DNA from: an uncultured virus (IMG/VR IMGVR_UViG_3300033074_001867)
Taxonomy: Duplodnaviria; Heunggongvirae; Uroviricota; Caudoviricetes
Strand: one strand, 5' to 3'
IMG/VR virus record: IMGVR_UViG_3300033074_001867
Length of the DNA: 64,000 bases
Shown here in pieces: positions 18,999 to 29,474 of the stretch (its first letter is position 1; the number at the start of each line of letters is the position of its first letter). The notes under the pieces are model-generated. The model ran no database searches, was not told the origin of the DNA, and saw nothing but the letters and a program-made list of their open reading frames with translations. Position numbers and translations under genes: made by a program.

Positions 18999-19340
18999 AT
19001 GAGACACGTAGAAAAAGCATTACTAAAAATGGAAGAAGCTAATCCGAAAGCGGATTTTCGTTCTTTTATTCAAATTGAAAACGCCGTAGATGTAAAGGGC
19101 GTAGCACCGATTGTCAAATTTACTATTCAAAGCGACCCAATTGGCGAAGTTGGCGTTAATGGTGTTCAGGCATTAGATATGCTTGAGTACACGAAATGTT
19201 TATTTCAAAGTCTTAATGATGCTTTTCCTTGTAGAGAAAATGCTCTTACTATTACTAAGATAGAGGAGGCGATTCACTGGCAAGAAGCGAGAACAAAAGA
19301 CAGAAACCTTAGAAAAGTTGAAGGGCAAAATAAAGCATAA
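18999..19340 (+). CDS. Tad1/Acb2-like anti-defence nucleotide-sponge protein
   Basis: IQ..P..E.GVNG....D.L....L......F.CRENAL.ITKIEEA.HW...R..DR..R.VEG matches the Tad1/Acb2 helical hairpin. Confidence 0.75.
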   Translation: MRHVEKALLKMEEANPKADFRSFIQIENAVDVKGVAPIVKFTIQSDPIGEVGVNGVQALDMLEYTKCLFQSLNDAFPCRENALTITKIEEAIHWQEARTKDRNLRKVEGQNKA

Positions 19341-19585
19341 TGAAAGAAATTGAAGACACACTAACTGCACTGACCACACACGGCATCACACCATCACTTA
19401 TTGTTCTCGGTGATAAGCAGCAGGAAGAACTCAGGGATTACTTTCAAGACAATAAAGTAATGATGAACCTTTCCGGAGATGCAGGAGATTTTCCATGTTT
19501 CTCGTGGAACGGTTGCACAATAGATATTGTGACCTCGGAGAAAGAAGATTACTGTAAGGCGTATGGAGATAAAACATTTGCATAA
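19340..19585 (+). CDS. hypothetical protein
   Basis: TAATG-coupled ORF. Confidence 0.6.
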   Translation: MKEIEDTLTALTTHGITPSLIVLGDKQQEELRDYFQDNKVMMNLSGDAGDFPCFSWNGCTIDIVTSEKEDYCKAYGDKTFA

Positions 19586-19860
19586 TGGCATCAGAAAAAA
19601 CAATCGAAGCAGCAAAAGCGATAGCTGAGTTGTATGCACTTCCGGATGGCGGTGCCGGTGGATATGCTCATGTAGTAACCGATGATTATAATTTAAAGGA
19701 TGAATTTGTTGACTGGTGTATTTTAAGTGCAGAGAATAAGGATATGGAAGGCGCTTATGATGAAAATATTCGACTTGCTTCTCTCAAAGCACTGAAACTA
19801 CTCAAACAGTTATCGATTACACAAAGGAAACAGGCAATAAGAATGTCTGAGGAAATATAA
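19585..19860 (+). CDS. hypothetical protein (GGxxHVVxDDxN motif)
   Basis: TAATG-coupled ORF. Confidence 0.7.
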   Translation: MASEKTIEAAKAIAELYALPDGGAGGYAHVVTDDYNLKDEFVDWCILSAENKDMEGAYDENIRLASLKALKLLKQLSITQRKQAIRMSEEI

Positions 19861-19879
19861 ATTAAAAACCAAAAAGAAG

Positions 19880-20158
19880 ATGAAATTCAGAAAAAAACCA
19901 GTAGTGATTGAGGCGGTTCAATGGAACGGTAAAAACTTTGACGAAGTAATGAACTTCATGCAAGATTTTCACGGGCATAAAGTGAATTATGAAAATGCAG
20001 AGGAAGCGGCATATAAGTCGGGGGAATTGCACATTAAAACCTTAGAGGGAATAATGACCGCATCTAAAAACGATTGGGTGATCAAAGGAGTAAAGGGCGA
20101 ATTTTATCCTTGTAAGCCTGATATATTTGAAGCTACTTACGAGAAAGTAGAGGATTAA
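19880..20158 (+). CDS. conserved phage protein (RKKPVVIEAVQ...TLEG...GEFYPCKPDIF family)
   Basis: widespread phage family motifs. Confidence 0.8.
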   Translation: MKFRKKPVVIEAVQWNGKNFDEVMNFMQDFHGHKVNYENAEEAAYKSGELHIKTLEGIMTASKNDWVIKGVKGEFYPCKPDIFEATYEKVED

Positions 20159-20568
20159 TGATCCGCAATATCCGCTACCAAGCCTACTACATTAACAAGT
20201 GGTACGATATAGAACGATTTGAACTGTTCACTAATGGTTCTATGCTTCCTACTAAGTTTGCAGGATTCACAGTTCCAATCGTCCGACAGAAAATATCGTA
20301 CATTCGTCAGTTCACGGATATTCAGGACAAGTACAAAGTAGATATCTGGGAAATGGATTGTGTGAACTACAAAACAGAAACAGAAGATGTGATCGGAGTA
20401 GTGGAATTTGATACCAAGATCTTCATGGGATGGGTGATCCGTACCAATAAAGGTCTTTTAAAAATAGCCGATGATGCAGTCAGACCGGATGATCTGCAGG
20501 TAATCGGAAATGCAGTGAAGAGTCCGGAGTATATGAGGGTTATAAATAAAAAAGAAGAAAAAGTATGA
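20158..20568 (+). CDS. YopX-family protein
   Basis: IRQFTDIQDK...DIWEMDCV...VIGN pattern. Confidence 0.65.
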   Translation: MIRNIRYQAYYINKWYDIERFELFTNGSMLPTKFAGFTVPIVRQKISYIRQFTDIQDKYKVDIWEMDCVNYKTETEDVIGVVEFDTKIFMGWVIRTNKGLLKIADDAVRPDDLQVIGNAVKSPEYMRVINKKEEKV

Positions 20569-20930
20569 GCACCTTCATCGAAGACTTAAAATCAGAAGTC
20601 AAGGAACTTGAAAAGCATGGACTTGAGAACTCACTGGTAGTGGTCAATGCTTTTCTGGATAATCCGGATAAGCGAATGTTCATTGCTATCAGTAAACTGG
20701 TCAATGCTCTTGCCGCAGAAATAGAAAAACTGACCGCAAATGGAGTCACTGATTTATTAAATGGAGATGATAAGGTCTTCGAAAGAGCAAATGTGATCAT
20801 CACCAAGTTCGGAGAATACTGTAAAGTGCTATCTGCAGGAAAAGAAATTGCCGGAATGGTAGGAGAGAAAGAGGAGGATGATGGGGATTTTCTGACAAAT
20901 CAGGCAAAGAAACATCAAAAGGATAAATGA
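20565..20930 (+). CDS. helical protein upstream of terminase (possible small subunit)
   Basis: position only; coupled to the terminase gene. Confidence 0.4.
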   Translation: MSTFIEDLKSEVKELEKHGLENSLVVVNAFLDNPDKRMFIAISKLVNALAAEIEKLTANGVTDLLNGDDKVFERANVIITKFGEYCKVLSAGKEIAGMVGEKEEDDGDFLTNQAKKHQKDK

Positions 20931-22807
20931 CCATAATCAACAATACTGAACGGAAATGCCCTTTTATTTTTACCGGGCACCCGAAAAACTTTAATACCAC
21001 ATTAGAGGAAAAGAAGTATTGGGCTGAAGAGTATCGCAGGTGGTTGGAAGGATTTGCAGGATTAACGGGCAGACACTATTTTTATTTGACTATGGGCACG
21101 CTCAAGCCTATTCAGGGTTTACCAATTAAACCGGTATGGAGAGATGTGGATGCGATGATTTTTGAAGCAGATGCAGAAACACGCAGAATCGGGCATACAT
21201 TAAATATCATCAAACGAAGGGAAGTCGGATTAACCTCTATTTATGGTGGGAATGAACCGATCTACAATTGTCTGACAATGCCGGGATCTATTAATCTGAT
21301 CACTTCCGCAGATAAAACCCGTGTAAAGAACTTGTTTTCGGATAAGACAATGTTCATGTACGATAATTTATTATTGCCCGACTATATGATGCCGCATAAA
21401 AAGTCTGAACGGCAGGAAGGTTTCTTGAATTTAACTTCCAAGAAAAATAAAGGCGGAGTTGGTGCGGGATCACAAGTGTATTGTCTGGAAACTGCAGACA
21501 ACGATAGAAGCGCTAAGAGATTCGAAACTTTTCGTGCAATGAGTATATTCTTAGATGAATTATTCTTGCACCCAAGGGCCGATATCGTGTTTAAAAGCTC
21601 GCAAGCCTGTCTGCGTCAATCCTTTGAACAAATCGGGCACATGACGATTGGTGGAAGCTGTGGTGGGGATACAGTGGATGAAATAAATGCACTGAAGAAC
21701 AATGCGGATATGATTGAGCAGATGATCGGTGATGCCGATGCTCTTGATATGACGGTTGTATTCATACCAGGGACCCTCGGCATAAATGGTGCAGATGAAT
21801 TGGATGACAATGGAAGAAAAACAGGAAACCGACTTTCTTTTATGGAAAACGGTTATTCAAATACTGAAAAAGCAAAAGAGTGGATTGAGAAAAAGAGGAC
21901 TGCGTTAAAAAGAGCCAAGGATCAGTCTCATTATAACAACTTTGTCAAGTCCTATCCACTGACAATTGAAGAGGTTTTTCAAGTCAATCGTGCAGGTATC
22001 ATGCCTCCGGAAGTATATGAAAATCTTCAGGCAGCTAAAATCAAGATAGAAGAAAAAGGCGGGAATAAGTTTTTCTCTATGCGCAAAGATTCTCAGACAG
22101 AGAAATTTGAGATCAAAGAAAATCCTAAAGGAAAGTTTGTGATCATTGCTGATCCTGATCCAAGCAAAACGTACTTAGCGGGAATCGATCCTATCCCCTT
22201 CAGTCAAAGTGCGATAGTTGAGGAAGGTTCGGAGTATGCTCTAATAGTCTATTGCCTGGAAGACGAAGCGCCAGTGGCGTATTACGCTGAACGGAATTTG
22301 GATGCTGATTACTGTGTCGGGCAAGGAATATTACTTCAGGAAAGATATAGGTCAATAGAATATCCGGCAGGTTGTCCGGCAATGATTGAGAACAATCGTG
22401 GAGAGGTAGCTATCCGTATCTATAAAGAATTAGATAAATACAGCTTACTAGCCAATCGGCCAAAGAATTTAGGGTTTATCTATGAAGAGAAGAGTGCCGG
22501 AGAAAAGAAAGGGTGGTACAGTAACGATAAAACAATTGCCAGAGCCAATACTTATGCGATTAACATTCTTAAATTGTATGGAGACCGAATTGGACTTCGG
22601 AGGTTGGTTGACGAAGCGGCCAGATGGCCAAACGCAAATAATGACTTATTTGATGCACTGAAAAGTCTCGGTTTATTCCGGGAAGAATATATTCTGGGGA
22701 AGAAAAAGACTCAGAAGATCGGAGTGAAGTATGTTGACATACCGTATTACGCTCCTGACAAAAGTGGTCGGATGGTCCGGCACTGGAAAAGACAGGAGAT
22801 CAAATGA
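20927..22807 (+). CDS. terL: terminase large subunit
   Basis: Walker A-like IKRREVGLT, Walker B IFLDE, nuclease YLAGIDP...MIENN...NDLFDA. Confidence 0.9.
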   Translation: MTIINNTERKCPFIFTGHPKNFNTTLEEKKYWAEEYRRWLEGFAGLTGRHYFYLTMGTLKPIQGLPIKPVWRDVDAMIFEADAETRRIGHTLNIIKRREVGLTSIYGGNEPIYNCLTMPGSINLITSADKTRVKNLFSDKTMFMYDNLLLPDYMMPHKKSERQEGFLNLTSKKNKGGVGAGSQVYCLETADNDRSAKRFETFRAMSIFLDELFLHPRADIVFKSSQACLRQSFEQIGHMTIGGSCGGDTVDEINALKNNADMIEQMIGDADALDMTVVFIPGTLGINGADELDDNGRKTGNRLSFMENGYSNTEKAKEWIEKKRTALKRAKDQSHYNNFVKSYPLTIEEVFQVNRAGIMPPEVYENLQAAKIKIEEKGGNKFFSMRKDSQTEKFEIKENPKGKFVIIADPDPSKTYLAGIDPIPFSQSAIVEEGSEYALIVYCLEDEAPVAYYAERNLDADYCVGQGILLQERYRSIEYPAGCPAMIENNRGEVAIRIYKELDKYSLLANRPKNLGFIYEEKSAGEKKGWYSNDKTIARANTYAINILKLYGDRIGLRRLVDEAARWPNANNDLFDALKSLGLFREEYILGKKKTQKIGVKYVDIPYYAPDKSGRMVRHWKRQEIK

Positions 22808-23136
22808 TCGATCAAGCAATTTTAGATAACAACAGCTTTTTCAGAAAAAGAACTCTGAATCCTGCTTACAATATGCCGGGAATGGGGCGTTTTGAAACAC
22901 GTAAAACAGCAGAAAAGGAAGAGTATGATTTTAAAGACTGGATTGCTATTTTGTCCACTCACTTCGATGTAGTTATTCAACATCTGAACGGAGAAGTCCT
23001 ATACAGAGGAGAAGTCCGGGATGAAGAGCATTTTCAGCAGATTTTAAAGAGTATGGAAGAAAAGTGTCAGGCTATCCGGACCGCTGAAGAGGTGGCTAAG
23101 AAAAAAGATAAGTTCGCTAAAAGGCCGAAGAAATGA
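22804..23136 (+). CDS. hypothetical protein
   Basis: ORF with 4-nt overlaps. Confidence 0.7.
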   Translation: MIDQAILDNNSFFRKRTLNPAYNMPGMGRFETRKTAEKEEYDFKDWIAILSTHFDVVIQHLNGEVLYRGEVRDEEHFQQILKSMEEKCQAIRTAEEVAKKKDKFAKRPKK

Positions 23137-23618
23137 GAATAAAAACAATTCCTTATAAACAGCTACCAAAACTATTTGAAGGAAAGACAGTTAATTCAAT
23201 TCACAAGAAAATGTGCGGCGAACTGATTGGTCAGGGATTGTACAGAGATGTATATATTCTCAAGCAAAATCCGGCGTTTGTAGTAAAGATTGAAAGAGAT
23301 ATGACTGGCGGGAACTTTGCTAATGCTATGGAGTGGCGCAATTATATCAATAATAAAGAGTGGAAGTTTTTGGCGGATTATCTGGCTGAATGTATTGCTA
23401 TTACTCAAACGGGACAGGTAATGATTCAAAGAAGAGTTGAGCATAGGTCGAAGAAAGAATACCCGAAAATGATTCCGGCAATGTTTACTGATACCAAGTA
23501 CAAGAACTTCGGATGGACAGGAGCAGGAAAGTTTGTGTGCTGCGATTATTCCTTTATTCCCTTTTTTACAATAAAGGTTGGACACAATAGTATGAAGAAG
23601 GCAAAGTGGTGGGGATGA
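23133..23618 (+). CDS. minimal protein-kinase-like protein
   Basis: IGQGLYRDVY (Gly loop), VVKIE, N..EW, DTKYKNFG (D-x4-N), CCDY. Confidence 0.65.
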   Translation: MRIKTIPYKQLPKLFEGKTVNSIHKKMCGELIGQGLYRDVYILKQNPAFVVKIERDMTGGNFANAMEWRNYINNKEWKFLADYLAECIAITQTGQVMIQRRVEHRSKKEYPKMIPAMFTDTKYKNFGWTGAGKFVCCDYSFIPFFTIKVGHNSMKKAKWWG

Positions 23619-23621
23619 AAT

Positions 23622-23677
23622 AAAGCGACAAAATTTTTAATTCCTTGTGTTTTTGACCATTATCCCTTGTTATTTTG
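23622..23677 (+). promoter_or_regulatory. putative late promoter
   Basis: AAAGCGACAAAATTT box 48 nt before TTATTTTG. Confidence 0.65.
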
Positions 23678-23683
23678 TGGACA

Positions 23684-25942
23684 ATGGCTTTTGAAAAGAT
23701 TCCCTTAGAAGGTAGGTCGGAATATCTTCCGTCTCAGTTTGCAGACAAGACACCTTTATGGTGTTACGATAATGTACGCTATTTCCTGACCTACTATAAT
23801 AACCGGAACAACTCCGCTTATTCTACCATGGTAGGAGATAATGCCGCAAACGGCGTAGGAAGTGGAGATCCTTTTATTACCAGACTTCCACCGGTCCAGC
23901 ACATGATCCGCATGATGCTCTATTATCTGGGTATGCAGCCCAATATGGATTATGCCTTTGTCAATGATGACCTTTCCCAGACTACTATGCAATCCCTTTG
24001 GATCAATAACCAAACAGTGAAGGAATTTGTGGATTATTTTAAGGGAAACATGATGTCAAAGATCGTCCGGGCAAACTGGACGGGAAAACCTTTATCGGAA
24101 AGAGCCACTGCAGAACGCACAAACGCATGGAATAAGGAAATGATGGCCTATGACCTGAAACCTTATCTAAAGAAAATAGCAGAACAATTTGATGTGAATG
24201 TCAATGCCGGCCAGCAGGATTTTGAACTTCCGGAGCAGGTAGAGAAATGGATGGAAACTACCTGGAAAGAGTATGGTGCCGAACTTGTGGGAGATATCTC
24301 TAACGGTATCTGGTTCTCAGAACAGTGGTGGAAGAAAGTCCTTCAGGCATTTATGCACATTGTGATTACCTCCCAAGGTGCCATGCATCACTATGTAGTC
24401 AACGGGAAAGCCAAGCAAGAGATCATTCCACCTTATGAACTGATCTTTGATAACAGAAGTGATGATGATTATGGTGAAGATGATCAGTTTATCGGAAGAG
24501 TCCGTTCTTTTACTACCAACGAACTTTTTTCAAGATATCCGGAACTGACCAAAGCCCAACGAAAAGATATTGAAGATACACTTGCCTCCGGAGAACTGAG
24601 AGGCGCTTATAATACAGCTCCAAATATCCTTTGGTGGGGAACTCGTCCCAAAAGAAATACCGTTTCAGTAGTAGAAATGTACTGGCGGACCAAGCGAAAA
24701 ACCAATAAACGCATGGTAGTCAGTGATACGGGCGAGGAAAAGCTGGCAAAAGCAGAAGACGATGATAACACACAATTCATTCATGATGATGTGTATCAGA
24801 CTACCGTGATCGGTAATATGTATGTGGGAAGAGAAGGTTATATCTCTAACCTGATCGAAGATTTTGATGATGTTTCTAAACCACTGATGCCGATCATTCG
24901 CTTCCGTCCCAATACTTTAATGGGAGAATCGATCAGTGAAGTTTCCCGTATTGCCAAAATTGTCGATGAAGTGGATTACCTGGATTACAAGATCCGGGAA
25001 ATGGTGGGAAAGGCAAAAGGTAAAGTTTATTGGATAAACGGTGAGCGTTTTGATGAAGCATCGGGCTTCCGTGGCTTTTTGGAAAATATTAATTCCATGG
25101 GTATCCATGTGGGTATGCCTTCAGGAGAAGACGAAAAAGCCGGCAATGCAGTAGAGTTAATTGACTGGACGCTGGATCCGAACATCGATAAACTCTGGAA
25201 TCTGACCAAAGAAAAGGAAGAGCGCATGAAAAAGATCATGAGCACTTCTGATATTTCCATGGGTCAGCAGCAGACTTATACAGGTTATAAAACCACTCAA
25301 AGTACAATTGCCCAGAATTCACTTGGTACCGCTTACCTGTTCGATGGAACAATGGAGTGGATCGTATTGAATATGAGGTATGCAGCTAACGTGCAGAAGA
25401 ACATTTTCTGTGCAAAAGATTCTTTAGAAGCATCGATCGTAGTTGGTGACAGAGGAGTAGTTCAGTTAAAACTTTGGGAAGGTCTTTCTTTCGAACAGTT
25501 GTATGTAGAACTCAATGTTAATGACCGTTTTGACGAAGAGCAGAAAAAGGCGCTCTCCGATGTGGCTCTTGCCAATGCTCAGAACAAAGAGATCACCATG
25601 CTGGATTGGATCAAGATCATGAAAGCAGATTCGCTTACTGTTGCTGAAGACATTATGGAGCAGTCCTTAAAAGAAACAGAAGTACGGAAAGAGAAAGAAG
25701 CGAGTATGGCCAATCAGGGAAATACGGCTCAGATACAAGCTCAGGGTATGGTAGAAGCAGAACTTCAGCAGTTAAAAGATGACAATGCCAACTTTAGGAC
25801 GGTGTTCACCGAAATGAGCAAAAGTGTAGCTCAGACGCAGGAAATGATCATGCAATTATTGCAAAGTCAGCCACCGGCTTCTCCACTTCAGGGACAGATG
25901 GCAGGTGCAGACCAACAACAAAGTGCCCCAATTCCTCAATAA
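23684..25942 (+). CDS. portal protein
   Basis: ~750-aa helical protein between terminase and scaffold/capsid; Gln-rich C-terminal tail. Confidence 0.85.
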   Translation: MAFEKIPLEGRSEYLPSQFADKTPLWCYDNVRYFLTYYNNRNNSAYSTMVGDNAANGVGSGDPFITRLPPVQHMIRMMLYYLGMQPNMDYAFVNDDLSQTTMQSLWINNQTVKEFVDYFKGNMMSKIVRANWTGKPLSERATAERTNAWNKEMMAYDLKPYLKKIAEQFDVNVNAGQQDFELPEQVEKWMETTWKEYGAELVGDISNGIWFSEQWWKKVLQAFMHIVITSQGAMHHYVVNGKAKQEIIPPYELIFDNRSDDDYGEDDQFIGRVRSFTTNELFSRYPELTKAQRKDIEDTLASGELRGAYNTAPNILWWGTRPKRNTVSVVEMYWRTKRKTNKRMVVSDTGEEKLAKAEDDDNTQFIHDDVYQTTVIGNMYVGREGYISNLIEDFDDVSKPLMPIIRFRPNTLMGESISEVSRIAKIVDEVDYLDYKIREMVGKAKGKVYWINGERFDEASGFRGFLENINSMGIHVGMPSGEDEKAGNAVELIDWTLDPNIDKLWNLTKEKEERMKKIMSTSDISMGQQQTYTGYKTTQSTIAQNSLGTAYLFDGTMEWIVLNMRYAANVQKNIFCAKDSLEASIVVGDRGVVQLKLWEGLSFEQLYVELNVNDRFDEEQKKALSDVALANAQNKEITMLDWIKIMKADSLTVAEDIMEQSLKETEVRKEKEASMANQGNTAQIQAQGMVEAELQQLKDDNANFRTVFTEMSKSVAQTQEMIMQLLQSQPPASPLQGQMAGADQQQSAPIPQ

Positions 25943-25996
25943 AGCGACAAAATTTTTAATTGCGTGTTACAGAAGTGAAACACGGCTATAAATTCA
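25940..25996 (+). promoter_or_regulatory. putative late promoter
   Basis: 22-nt exact copy of 23621-23642 (TAAAGCGACAAAATTTTTAATT). Confidence 0.65.
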
Positions 25997-26014
25997 CCAA
26001 AAAAAGAAGATAAA

Positions 26015-27175
26015 ATGTTAGTACCAGAGACAAACAAGATTCAGGAACGTCAGGTTTCTGAGCAAATGCCAAGTGATCCAAGTAAGATCATGGAGACATT
26101 AGTACAAGGATTACCGGTAGACGATGAAAAGAAAGAAGAAGAGCCGGTAATTGAAAAGAAAGAGGATGATATTCCGGCGGAACTGGAAGAAAAGCCGAAA
26201 AAAGAAAGCAAAAAGGCTAAAAAAGAGGCTGAAAAGAAGGAAGAAGAGAAAAAGCCGGAAGTAAAAGAAGAAAGTAAGGTCGATGATGATCTTTCGGATG
26301 CTGACAAGGCATTTATCGCAGAGATGGAAGCGGATGAACCAAAAGGTGAAACTGCCACAACTACCACTGCTACGGGAGAAAAGAAAGAGACCAAAGAAGA
26401 AAAACGCACACCGACTGAAAAGGAAGTGGCTTACGACAGAGCAGTAAGCAATCCGTTCATAAAAGCAGCGCTCACGTTCTTTGAAAATGGAGGAAATAAC
26501 CCGAAAGATCTTATTAAAGAGCTTGGGTTAATGGAAACTCCAAAAACGATTGAAGATTATATCCGTCAGGAAGCTCTGGATAATGGGCTGAGTGGTGATG
26601 CGCTGGACAAAGCGATTGCCGAAGAGATGGATGACTACGAATCATTGACCGGACTGCAGAAAGCCAAAGCCCTGAAGAAATATCAGGAAACGGATAAGCA
26701 GATCTTGGACAAGAAGTTCGAGAATTACATAGTAGACAAATCAAAAGAAGTGGAAGTGATTCAGAAAATTCAGACTGAAGCCACTGCCACCTTACAAGAA
26801 ATAGTGAAGGATAAAGTCGGGACTAAAATAGCTGATGTGCTCATAGACGAACCTATGGCCAAAGAGATATTGAATCGTGCCGCACTGACTGCCATTCCAA
26901 TATATGATGACAAGGGAAATCTTGTTGGTTACGATGATCTTGAAAACTCAGTGGAGGATGCCATGTTTACCTTATTCCGCAAACGGATACGTAAATATGA
27001 CTATCAACTAGGATTCAAACAAGGAGCCAAAAAGCATCTCTCTGAAAGGCATCGCCCGTCCGATAATACGGTAACAGATGCGTCACCAAATCTGGCTGAA
27101 TCGAAAGATGAAGAAAAAGAACAGGTAGATACACTGATTAGTAATATGGGTGCGGGGTTGCGACCAAATAAGTAA
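26015..27175 (+). CDS. putative capsid scaffolding protein
   Basis: Glu/Lys-rich disordered N-terminus; immediately upstream of the capsid gene. Confidence 0.65.
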   Translation: MLVPETNKIQERQVSEQMPSDPSKIMETLVQGLPVDDEKKEEEPVIEKKEDDIPAELEEKPKKESKKAKKEAEKKEEEKKPEVKEESKVDDDLSDADKAFIAEMEADEPKGETATTTTATGEKKETKEEKRTPTEKEVAYDRAVSNPFIKAALTFFENGGNNPKDLIKELGLMETPKTIEDYIRQEALDNGLSGDALDKAIAEEMDDYESLTGLQKAKALKKYQETDKQILDKKFENYIVDKSKEVEVIQKIQTEATATLQEIVKDKVGTKIADVLIDEPMAKEILNRAALTAIPIYDDKGNLVGYDDLENSVEDAMFTLFRKRIRKYDYQLGFKQGAKKHLSERHRPSDNTVTDASPNLAESKDEEKEQVDTLISNMGAGLRPNK

Positions 27176-27202
27176 TTAACTAAACTAATTTAAAAAAAAC
27201 TA

Positions 27203-28573
27203 ATGGCAACTCCAAATCAAGTAGCAGTCAACTTTGAGAATAACGCTATTCTCAATGCGCTGAATCGACCTGATAAGTCGAGTGTGGTATATGACCTTTC
27301 AGGAGGTTATAACTTTATTGACACTATCGTAACGAAAAACACCTCACCAAGATCCGTAAATGGACTAGAGGGTAAATTTGAAAAACCGATCATCGGACGT
27401 TCTGACACAGGAACACTGGTGGCGGCAACTCCAACGCTTTCAGGAACAAACCTGATCGTAGTTTTTGCTGATCCTACATTCTTAGGATATCGTGAGACAG
27501 AAGTAATTTCTGATGGTACAGCAGCGAACAACCAGGGACGTATAGTATCGGTAGCTCCGGGAACAGTAACTCTTGAACCTGTAGGTGGTGCAACGACAAT
27601 GGCGGTGACTCAATTCCCTGCCGGCTCTTATGCAGCACGTATGTTCCAATTATCCATTAACCGTGGATCTACCGGAATCACTTCGCTTTATGAAGAACCG
27701 TTCTATGTATATAACTATACATCGATCTCCCGTGATTCAGTAGACTTCCACCGCCGTGACTTCTTCCAGACGTACCCGCTTTACAATGGTAAATACTGGA
27801 TGTATGCTCAGGAAAAAGTAATGATGGATCGTTTTGCCCGTGGTATCGAAAGAAAAGCTCTTTTAGGTAAGCGTGGACAGAATATTACGACTGCTTCTGG
27901 TGGTGGTAAATTCAATTCATCTCAGGGACTTCGTGATGCTATCTTAGATCCGGATCGTGGTGGAACGTACCTTTCGTTATCAAACGTGATGACTCAGGGA
28001 CAATTTGAAGCCTTCTTAGGTCAGATCGCCGATCGTAAAAACTCTTCTAAATACAAAATTCAGTTGGGTGTTGGTCGTGGAGCATTGAATGCAATCCAGA
28101 ACTTTGTTCGTCCGTATATCCAGTATGCCGGTTCTCAGAACACATTTGGTGGACAGTCAGTGAAAGGTGTAGATGTAATGTACTATGCACTCAATGGTAT
28201 CGAAGTAGAAATGGCAATGATCCCATTATTCAATGACAGAGAACAATTCCCTGCCATGAGTACAATTCCGGGAACAGCAGCCTTTACACGTATGCAGTAC
28301 ACAATGATCGCTTTTGATATGGATAACTATCCGACAAAAGGTGGTGGTGTAGCTCCTGCAATGGAAAAAGTGTACTTCGGAAATGAAGAGATGGTTTATG
28401 GTTACTTACCTGGAATGGTAGGTTCTGCAGCACGGCAAATGGCTTCAGGAGAATTCAGAACGTCAGGAAACATTGCGGTTTCAGATCGTGATGGATCTTC
28501 TATTCAGCTTTACTCTGATTACGCATTTGACTTTATGCCGTACCGTATGGGATGGGCTGAAATGTCTTCTTAA
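27203..28573 (+). CDS. major capsid protein
   Basis: 456 aa, position, IERKALLGKR spine-helix-like motif, strong codon bias. Confidence 0.8.
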   Translation: MATPNQVAVNFENNAILNALNRPDKSSVVYDLSGGYNFIDTIVTKNTSPRSVNGLEGKFEKPIIGRSDTGTLVAATPTLSGTNLIVVFADPTFLGYRETEVISDGTAANNQGRIVSVAPGTVTLEPVGGATTMAVTQFPAGSYAARMFQLSINRGSTGITSLYEEPFYVYNYTSISRDSVDFHRRDFFQTYPLYNGKYWMYAQEKVMMDRFARGIERKALLGKRGQNITTASGGGKFNSSQGLRDAILDPDRGGTYLSLSNVMTQGQFEAFLGQIADRKNSSKYKIQLGVGRGALNAIQNFVRPYIQYAGSQNTFGGQSVKGVDVMYYALNGIEVEMAMIPLFNDREQFPAMSTIPGTAAFTRMQYTMIAFDMDNYPTKGGGVAPAMEKVYFGNEEMVYGYLPGMVGSAARQMASGEFRTSGNIAVSDRDGSSIQLYSDYAFDFMPYRMGWAEMSS

Positions 28574-28604
28574 TCATTAACAATCTAAAAAAAAACAAAA
28601 AACC

Positions 28605-29399
28605 ATGTCAAATTTCAATTATAATTTCTCGTTAGGATCGGCTGGTACGGTGACTGCTGCTGCGGCAGATATCACGGTGGCTAACCACATCCTTACTCTT
28701 GGAGCAGTCGCAGCACTTGCTCCACTTCCGGGAAGACAGCAGATCGATGTTCGAACAATCGAAAAGGCTTCACTTACTGCTGCAGTAGCAGAGACAAGAG
28801 CTATTTGGACGATCACTCCGACTGTAGCGGCTTCTCAGGAATTCTCCATTTTGATCACTCAGATTATCAATGGAACTCCAAAGCAAATGGTGGCAACAGC
28901 GTATTCACTTGCTTCAGGTTCAGATGCGTTATCTGTTTGTACTGCATTGAGATCACAAATCAATGCAAATACAAACATGCAAATTGTAGCATCCGGAACC
29001 ACAACGTTGATCCTTACGGCAAATGCCGGGTATCCATTGATTCCTTCGGTATCTCAGGTGTCACTTGGTTCAACTCCGGGTGTATTTGCATCGATTACTA
29101 ACGGTACTCCTGGCGTAGCAGCTAAGGGAACGTATGCGGCATTGATCGCTCAGGGTGTAGATCCTGCAATCATCGTTGCCGGTCAGTCCTACAGCAACTT
29201 CCGCTTGCTTTACAGATCCGCTTCTTCAAATGATCCGGGTGGAAATGTAAGCCAGATGCGTATCGGATTGAACCTTTACATCAATGCAGGTGCTGCCAAT
29301 TATGCAGCTCTTGCAACACGTATTGGAGAGATCATCAATGGATTCGGTGCCGGTGTAACAACTGCAGATCCGGAATTCTTGGATCTTGCTGGTAATTAA
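28605..29399 (+). CDS. auxiliary capsid/decoration protein
   Basis: Ala/Thr/Gly-rich protein following the MCP and preceding a terminator. Confidence 0.6.
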   Translation: MSNFNYNFSLGSAGTVTAAAADITVANHILTLGAVAALAPLPGRQQIDVRTIEKASLTAAVAETRAIWTITPTVAASQEFSILITQIINGTPKQMVATAYSLASGSDALSVCTALRSQINANTNMQIVASGTTTLILTANAGYPLIPSVSQVSLGSTPGVFASITNGTPGVAAKGTYAALIAQGVDPAIIVAGQSYSNFRLLYRSASSNDPGGNVSQMRIGLNLYINAGAANYAALATRIGEIINGFGAGVTTADPEFLDLAGN

Positions 29400-29412
29400 T
29401 CATTAACCAATT

Positions 29413-29445
29413 AGTGAGGGGGAGAAATCCTCCTCACTTTATTTT
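29413..29445 (+). terminator. intrinsic terminator
   Basis: AGTGAGGGGGA-GAAA-TCCTCCTCACT followed by a T-rich tract. Confidence 0.75.
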
Positions 29446-29474
29446 ATAAAAAGAAGAAAAAACAAAAAAAGAAG

